DNA from: Octopus vulgaris | Taxonomy: Eukaryota | Direction: 5' to 3' | Assembly: GCA_951406725.2 (NCBI GenBank) | Contig: OX597826.1 | Span: 27,094,001-27,158,000 of the forward strand | Length of the DNA stretch: 64,000 nt | Shown: positions 54,780 to 64,000 of the stretch, one piece after another | How positions within the stretch are numbered: position 1 is the first letter of the stretch | How the letters are laid out: each line of letters begins with the position of its first letter | Notes under the pieces: generated by a model | Databases searched by the model: none | What the model saw: only the letters and a program-made list of their open reading frames with translations | What the model was told of the DNA's origin: nothing | Translations under genes and position numbers: made by a program

Positions 54780-55371
54780 GTATTAGGCGAACTGCGGGAA
54801 TCGTTAGAGCGTAAAAGACAATATATTGCGGCATTTCTTTCAGGCCTTTACTAACACATTGCAAATTCCACGGAGATCAATTTCGTTTTTCTTCATATCG
54901 TGAGCTGCTAAAATAATCAGACTGGAGTCGATTGAATCAACTTCATTCCTTGCTCAATAAATATTGCTGGATCTGCGCCAAAATCAGAGAAAAAAAAGAC
55001 ATGGTTAATATTAAATTGGAGATAATTTTAAAAATAGGAAAATATGTTGAAAAATTTAGGAAATTTAAAATTAGAAGCAAAAAAACAAATATTATTATTA
55101 TCGTTATTAATATGATTAGCAAAATCGTTATCGCACCGGAAAAGGTGTTGAGCAGCATTTTAAAAGGCGGCGAGTTAGTAGACATCTTTGCATACCTGAC
55201 AAAATGTTTATCAGCATTTCGTCCAGCATTAAGTTCAGAATTCAGATTCCGCCTTGGTCGATTTTGCATTTCATCCTTTTGCAGTTGATAAATTAAGTAT
55301 GATCATTTACGGTCGATGTAATTGTCGTAGCCCCTCTCCTGAAAACTCTGACCATGACCCAAAGCTCAAAC

Positions 55372-55429
<58 letters not shown>

Positions 55430-55660
55430 ATTATTATTATTGTTATTATTATTATTATTATTATTTAGCGAAGTGGTATAAAAGAATAGTTATAGCGTCG
55501 AAATAGAAACGTGTTATTTTCTCAGGCCCTGCATATTTTAAGTTCAAATCCTCCGAGGTCAATTTTACACTGAAGCCTACGACATGGGCATACTTAAGTA
55601 ATGGAATCGATGGAGGGGACAACCCAACTCCCAGCAACATTGCTGGACTTGTGACTAGAT
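54780..55660 (+). mobile_element. Three old family-B SINE copies
   Basis: Degenerate GGCGGCGAGTT.., TTTCATCCTTTT..GATAAATTAAGTA and AGTTCAAATCCTCCGAGGTC motifs. Confidence 0.55.
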
Positions 55661-56730
55661 TAGAAGCAATCATCATCATCATTATCATCATCATAATCAC
55701 CAGTATTCTCTCCCTACGCGACATCAGTTACCACTTCCTGAGCAGCTTAGCAATAATAATCAGACGTCGCGACGCTTTCAAAAGTCGCTTTCAAGAAGAA
55801 GCAAGCATTATACATGACTTCACTTTTTAATCCTTCTTAAGAAAATTTCCTAATCCTATATCTTGGATAATTGATTAAATTAAATTCTGATTAAATAATC
55901 AACATAAAAATGAAAAGCAAAAAAAAGACAAAACAAAACAAATAGAAAACACGCACATAATGGAAATTTTTTTAAAAGAAATCAGTATTAAATACGAAAT
56001 AAGAGTCTTAATGGCATTATTGTCAGTATCATCATCATAAACATCATCATCATCATCATCATCATCATTATCATATTCATAATCATCGTCGTCGGCGTTA
56101 TCATCATCATCATCATCATCATCATCATTATTATCGTCGTTGTCGTCGTCATCATCATCATCATCATCATCGTCGGCGTCGTTGTCGTTGCCGCTGTCGT
56201 TGTCATCATCATCATCATCATCATCATCATCTTCATCATCATTAACGTCGTCGTCATCATCATTATCATCATCATCGTCGTCGTCGTTGTCGTCGTCATC
56301 AACATCATCATCATCATCATTACAATAATCATCATAAAAGGCTGCGAATTGGCTGAAACGTTACAGCACTGGACAGAATACTTAGTGGCGTTGAATAGCA
56401 ATTGAGGTGAGAGAGTAAAACAAAGGTGGCGGAAGCAGGTGCTGCATGAATGCATTTCCGGTTTGATATACAGACATCTATTTTCTGGAAAATACATTTT
56501 TTTAAACGAAATTTTGCTGAGGGAGATTTTCTATGAAGTGCAATGAGATTATGGTGATAAATTGTGAAAGTGATGACTTCGGGACAAGATGAGTTCTTCC
56601 TGATCACAAGGTTCCGAATTCAGTCTCATTGCATGACAGCTTGGGCAAGTGTCTTCCACTAGAGCACCGAGTCATCCATAGCTTTGGGAAGAGATTGGAT
56701 AGATGGAAATAGGAAGTAGCCCGTCATATA

Positions 56731-57700
56731 TTGGGTCATCCCATAAATGATGCGGTTTTTTATCCTTTATTTTTCAAAATTAAGGAAAACAGAGTTCACC
56801 TTCTACAATGCGCTTCCATCTATCTGGTAGACGTGCATGGCCCCTCTTTCAAAATTCATTTGTCCGTGACGAAAAACATTCTCCAGTCCTGTTCTGACCT
56901 CGTCTACAGAATTCATATTTTTTTCCATCCAAATGATTTTGAAGAGTGCGGAATAAATGATAATCAGCAAATATGGTGGTTGGGGCATCGTTTCCCATTC
57001 AAACTGCTTCAGCCTTTGGAATGCCATCCTCGACGTATGTAGCCAAGCATTATCCTGATGGAAGAACACCTTTTGCCTTGAAACTAAAGATTGTTTTTCT
57101 AGCGCTGACATTTTTTTGCTTGGAATAGATTTCGTTTGTTATCGCTTGGTTAGGGTTTAAAAGTTCAAAGTGAACTAAACCTTTCATATCCCACCAAACA
57201 GATAACAACACCTTACTTTGGTGAAGATCTTTAGCCTAAGGATCTTCAATAGCCGGTGTTTCTCCTTTATCATTGGGCGCTTGACATTTTTGTAGAGAAC
57301 CCATTTCTCGTCACCAGTTACTATTCGGTTCAAGAAAGGTTCATACGTGATAGGTGACAGCAAAGAAGAACACACATTCACTCTTTGCGCGCGATAAGAC
57401 TACGAAAGTTTGCGAGGAACCCATTGACCCAATTTGCTGACTTTTCCAATGGCATTTAGGTATCGATGAATAGTTGAATGATCAAATCCAAGATTCTCTG
57501 CTAGTTCCTCGACAGTTACGATGGGATTTTGTTCAAGCAGGGTTTGCACGACGTCCTCGTCGAGCTCTACAAATCTTCCAGGGAGATGCTAGTCTTCTAG
57601 GCTGTAGTTTTCGACTCGGAATTTCCGGAACCACCATTAACACTGGCTTACGCTTATTGTCCAATCCTTATATATTGCATTAATATTCTTCGCACTTTCC
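56731..57700 (-). mobile_element. Degenerate mariner transposon (transposase pseudogene), one TIR retained
   Basis: Minus-strand motifs WVPRKL, FLNRIVTGDEKWVLYKN, FHQDNA, QFEWETMPQPPY with stops and frameshifts. Terminus TA|TTGGGTCATCCCATAAAT is inserted at the TA site of a family-A SINE (56560-56728). Confidence 0.9.
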
Positions 57701-58171
57701 GAAGTCGTTTGGAGGCTGTGGTTTAATCCAATGGCGATTTTGCTAAATAAATTTACTCTTTAGAATTTCAAGCTATTTTTACGTAATTTTGGTAAATATA
57801 TCTGTTAAAATGAGAAGTCAGTGATATTTTCCCTTTTATTTACTTTTTGATGGGTTCTTAAATCACTTATAAACATCTTCCACGCTGCAATTAGGGTTAT
57901 TTTCATTTTTGCGTGACTTAGACTACAATATATTCACTACACCCTGATATTAAACTCGGCCCTGTTGAGGCTACCTTGAGCGGTTTTAGTTGAACTTATT
58001 TTTATTAAGTCTAGAATGCACATTTGCAGAACCACTGAACTACGAGGACACAAACAAACCAAAGCCGAGCGTCAAACGGTGATTGGTTAAAACACAATCA
58101 CAAACACACTGGCAAGCATACATGCAAACACACATGCAAACATACACACATACCACTCATATATGTGTGTG

Positions 58172-58214
<43 letters not shown>

Positions 58215-58557
58215 CAAAGTCACTTTGATCCGTGTAGGAGAGGTGCAGCCAGAGGGTAGGTGTCCTTAGAGGTAAAAAAAAATCCAATGTCCGTCGAGGA
58301 AAGGTAAGAGTTGGTAGTGGTAGAATATAGGATTAAAGTGAGACCACGTGAGCGCGTGATAAATAACGGGAAAGTTTACGAAAATAAACAAAAGACGAAG
58401 GCAGGTGGAGTACAAACAAACAAATGTATTAGTATAGCGCTCAGGAATAGAAATAGAAAAAGTCTTTTACGTTTCGAGCCTACGCTCTTCGCTATGATAG
58501 ATTGTTAGCTCCTACACGCATTTTTTTCTCTCCTTGTTTTTTTCTGTGTATCTTTCA

Positions 58558-58748
58558 GTCGACAAATTTCTATCTGAAGACCCAGATGGGCCCACATTAT
58601 TTCAAGAGGCACAAAGAAGTACAGCTCCGTCCAAATGGCTTCTTCACCAGAAACATAAAGGAAAAGAGGCCTCAAATCACTGAAAGGCAGTCCAGCATGG
58701 CCCCAGCCTTTGGCTAAAACCACAAAAAGAATAAAAGAAAAAAGAATA
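58558..58748 (+). mobile_element. CR1-like LINE extreme 3' end
   Basis: VDKFLSEDPDGPTLFQEAQRSTAPSKWLLHQ parallels LDRFLQRIPDKP...NSLLEQ of the 47-kb CR1. 3' UTR CCAGCATGGCCCCAGCCTTTGGCTAAAAC + (AAAAGAAT)n. Confidence 0.55.
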
Positions 58749-58754
58749 TAACAA

Positions 58755-59020
58755 TATAACAGGTACTCCGTCGGTTGCGACGACGAGGCTTCCAGGTGAA
58801 CCGATCAACGGAACAACCTGCTCGTGAAATTAACATGCATATGGCTGAGTACTCCACAGATACGCGTACCCTTAACGTAATTATCAGAGATATTCAACGT
58901 GACACAGGATGAGACAAATCTGGCCCTTCGAAATACAAGTACTACTCATCTTTGCCAGCTGAGTGATCTGGAGCAACATGAAGTAGAGTATCTTGCTCAA
59001 GGCCGCAATGCGCCGCCTGT
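58755..59020 (-). mobile_element. SINE related to family C, headless
   Basis: Minus strand reads CTTGAGCAAGATACTCTACTTCATGTTGCTCCAG..CTCAGCTG, a shared central domain. Confidence 0.55.
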
Positions 59021-60989
59021 CTTCCATCTCACCTACGCCCATTCACACAAAATACCCATACTCTGTTTCCTCATTAGTTACGTAAAACACACAATATGAT
59101 GACGTCATGTTTAACGCATTGCGTGTGATTTATATGTATTTCTTCTTGTTTATGGCGCCGTGGGGGTGATTTCAATATTTTTAATACAGTAATTGATCAG
59201 TGTATCGATGGCTGCTTTCGCCAGTGTATATTTAGTATTGATTGTTTTTGTTACTAATGATCTTCTTGTTGTTGTTCTTGTGGTTTCTATTGTTATTTTT
59301 TTTGCGCTTTTTTTTGTGGTTTTTGTTGGTGCTGTTATTGTAATTATTGTTTGGCATTCCATTATTATAGTCGACTTGGTGGTGTTTTAGCTGTAGCAAA
59401 ATCACCATCGCCGTTTCCCCTCTCATCATCATCATCGTCATCACCGTCGTCGTCGTCGTCGTCGTCATCGTCGCCGTTGTTGTCAAAACAGTTTTATCAC
59501 CTTATTATTATCAAACCGATTAAAAATATTAGTTCATCACAGTCATCATCATCATCATCGTCGTCGTCGTCCTCGTCGTCGTCGCCTAATAGTCATCATT
59601 AATATCATCACCTACGCCTTCTTTTTAATTTTCCTTTCTACTTCTTGCAGCTCCCTTTATTGCGAATAGTAGTAGTAGTAGTAGTACTACTACTACTACT
59701 AGTAGTAGTAGTAGTAGTAACAGTAGTAGTACCAGTAGTAGTAGCAACAGTAGTAGTAATAGTAGTAGTGGTAGTAATAGTAGTAGTAGTAGTGGTGGTA
59801 AAAGTTGTAGTAGTAGTAGTAACAGTGGTAGTAGTAGTAGTAGTAGTAGTAGTAGTAATGTGTTTGATGTTGCAAATCTTCATTATCTTCATCGACCTTG
59901 TCTTTTATCATCGTCATCATCATCGTCATCATCATCGTCATTATCATTGTCATCATCATCACCACCATCATCATCATCATCATCATCACTATCATCATCA
60001 TCGTCGTCGTCGTCGTCGTCATCATACTCATCGTAATCGCCGTCACCAACACCAATCATCATGATGGTCGCGATGATGATGATCATCAGCAACAAACACC
60101 ACCACCACCACCACCGCCGCCGCCGCCGCCACCACCACCACTACCAACAACAACAACAACAATAGCAGCAGCAGCAGCAACGTTATTACTTTTTAATTAC
60201 ATTTTTTTTCAATTTCAATCTTATTTGTTAATTTTTTAAACTTCGTTTTCTTTTTCCAATCATTAAAATTTTCATTTTTCTTTACCCTTTTATTTCTCGT
60301 CTTTCCTCTAAAACCCACCAATATCTTTCCTTTTGTACTCTTTCTTCCTCATCTTTATTCTTCCTTCTTTTCTTTCTTTTCTTCCTTTCCATCATTCTGT
60401 TTTTATTTATTTATTGTCTCCTTTTATTATGCTTCTCTATTTTTCTTGCAGCCTGTAAAATTATTTAATAATGTAATGAATCTTAATTGATAGAATTGGT
60501 ACAAGAATCGAACTATTCTACATCTTTAGATAATTCTTGAGTCTTGTTGTTGTTGTTGATGTTTTCTTTTGACTTTTGTTACTATTGTCTTAATTCTCAT
60601 GACAATCGTTAATCGTTCTATGTCTGTATGTAACTGTGTTGGTGCTAGTGCTAGCTGTGGTGTTAGCGGCGGTTGTAGTGTTGGTGGTTGTTTCGACAAG
60701 GTGTTGTTGCTGTTGTTGGTGGTGGTGGTGGTGATGGTTTTTGTGTAGCAGAAATTGTGGTGATGGTGATGGTTATGGTGATGGTGTAGGTGGTAGTAGG
60801 GGAGTTTGCTTGTGGTGGTGGTGTTCTTTTTTGTTTTGTTTGTTTATTTTAGCTTTGTTTTGGGTATTTTTCTTCCTTGTATCGGAATCGAAGAACAAAA
60901 GAAATATTCAAAGAACAGCCGAAATAATGATGATGATGATACTAACACCAACAATAATATTATCAATAATAATAAAGCATATAATAACA

Positions 60990-61050
<61 letters not shown>

Positions 61051-61061
61051 TAATAATGATG

Positions 61062-61134
<73 letters not shown>

Positions 61135-62043
61135 TGATAATAATAAGAAGAATAATAATATTAATAATAATAACGGTAATTAATACAAAGCCGCTGAAAA
61201 ATGAAACAATAATTAAAGAAGAAAAACGAACGAAAGCAAAATGTCTGAAAAAGAAAGTGAAAGTACAATATAATTTAAAAGAACAAACGAGAAACAAGCA
61301 AACAAAAAAACCCCAGAAAAATAGAGAAAGAATAAACTAAATAAAGCACACAAAAATATAAATATTGTAAAATGTTGTGATAGATTTTTTTTTTAAAGTG
61401 TTTATAATTTACCAATAACAGCTTCGAGTAGAACGAGAGAAAAACAAGATTTTTTCTGTTGATAATGGCGTTATTATGGACAGGCAAGTGTTGTCCAATA
61501 AATTCGCATGCAAACGTTATGAGGAAAATGGCTACCATGAACGCGCTTCATAGGCCGAATCTGAAAGTACACGTGTAGATCGGTGGCAGAATTTTGAGTG
61601 AAGTCAATGTCTCTTTTTGTGAGTTCCAGACAGTTCTAGGGTTTTTGCAGTGTTTCTGATTGTTCATCGATGAAGGCCCCTTATTATGGTTCATTGTTTA
61701 CTGTAGTATTATATTTTATATCATACCGATATGATCCTCATTTGTAGTCCTAGTTGTTTATGGTTCTTTTTGTGTTTCCTCTAGTTCTAGATCTATTTTA
61801 ATTGGTGTTATTGGTCCCTATTTTTATATTTAGCTTATTAGTTGCAAATGTTGCTACAGAGTCAGCCATTTCGACTCTAGTGCTCAAGTAATTGTTCGTT
61901 ACTTTATCGATTCCGAGGAGTTGAATGGCAAAGTCAACCTCAGCGAAGTCGGAACTTAGAATGGAAGGACGGACAAAATATTGCTAAGCATTTTTACCCG
62001 TTCTGTTAACAATTCTCACCTTTATAACGATATTATTTGTCCC

Positions 62044-62097
<54 letters not shown>

Positions 62098-62099
62098 TT

Positions 62100-63120
62100 A
62101 AAACAAAAAACTGGTGTCAGTCTTGGAGAAAGTTGACAAATACAAAAAATGGTTATATTACCTAACAACTAGAAAGAAAAAGAAGAAGCAACAAAATCTG
62201 TAAAACAAATGAAATCCAAACTAAAAGTGGAACAGCACCGGATCATGATAAAATGATCGCAACAAAAGCCCCTTCATGGCAAATACTGGGTTAAACTAAA
62301 CGCAAAAGAAATAGACAAAGGAAAATCTCAACCATAGCTGAGAAGCTCAGGACTCAAAGCAGAGACTGAAGGATTTTTAATTGCAGCACAAGACCAAAGC
62401 CTCCTCGCCAGAAATGACCAAATACATACAATGAAAAGAAACGTAGTAAGTAACTGCAGAATATGTGGAGATGAACAAGAAGTAATAAACCTTATTTTTC
62501 TGGCTGTCCAGTCCTGGCTAAGAAGGAATATATTCACAGACACGACAGAGTTGGGATCTATATACACTGAAAGCTGTGCCAACACTAAGGAATAACTACA
62601 GAAAAAATATGGTATAAGCACACGTTAAAAAAGGTCACAAACAATGAAAGCAACCATAATATGTGTTATGCCAATACACACAGAGAAATTAAGGCCAAAA
62701 GGCTGGATATAGCTGTCAACGATGACCGAGAAAAAACTTGGTTTCTAATCCGTGTATGATACCAAACAGATGATAAGGTTTCTCTAAACGAAAAGGAGAA
62801 ACTGTCAAAATACAAAGACCTGAAAATAGAGGTAACTCGAATGTGGAGTCTAAACATAGAAACAATTCCTATCATAGTAGGCGCATTAGGTATGATAAAA
62901 ATATTTTTCAGACAAATACACAGCAAAACATCAGGACTGACAAATATATGTATCATAGAGAAAATAGCACTACTAGGAAGCGCACATATCCTACGTAAAA
63001 CGCTTTCAATACAGTAAAAACAAGAACATCACAACAAACCACAGCACATACCTAAGGCACATAGACCTGCGCTCGCTAGTGCAGTGAAAGCACGTGATAA
63101 AAATAAGACTATTGAATAAA
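62100..63120 (+). mobile_element. R4/Dong-like LINE, 5'-truncated and decayed (zinc knuckle + REL endonuclease)
   Basis: KPLHGKY..LKAETEGFLIAAQDQSL..CRICG....I..GCPVLAKKEYIHRHDRV...R.DI..EKLSKYKDLKIEVTRMW..IPIIVGALG..IALLGSAHILRKTL, followed by a ~250-bp (TAA)n tail. Confidence 0.9.
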
Positions 63121-63160
<40 letters not shown>

Positions 63161-63169
63161 TAATAATAA

Positions 63170-64000
<831 letters not shown>

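Noticed and set aside
57700-57895. Segment sharing AATTGCAGCGTGGAAG..TTTAAGAA with 5790-5830 (inverted)
   Set aside because: It is a dispersed repeat end, but too decayed to classify or to show a ribozyme.

Overview
AT-rich, microsatellite-saturated eukaryotic DNA, very probably Octopus or another coleoid cephalopod. That assignment is inferred from the tRNA-derived SINE families, the intron-containing tRNA-Lys(UUU) and the extreme (TA)n/(TATG)n/(ATT)n load. I recognise no host protein-coding exon. Almost all ORF-track entries are simple-repeat artefacts. The only protein-like sequence is transposon debris: mariner transposase relics, an open 5'-truncated CR1-like ORF2, two R4/Dong-like relics, and RTE-like and Tx1-like scraps. 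The main hidden signal, read by eye from both strands, is a high density of type I hammerhead ribozyme (HHR) motifs: about 8 intact or near-intact plus several decayed. They sit in at least six unrelated small non-coding elements embedded in (TA)n tracts. These have palindromic or near-palindromic helix III, a hallmark of Penelope-like-element (PLE) HHRs that cleave as dimers. Several elements are fold-back or partial-tandem structures with ribozymes on both strands, and three unrelated families share a non-canonical CCGANGA core. The youngest is a 1.1-kb element at 15849-16960 built from a ~489-bp HHR-bearing monomer (retrozyme/pLTR-like). All folds were assigned manually, and no activity or database match has been tested.
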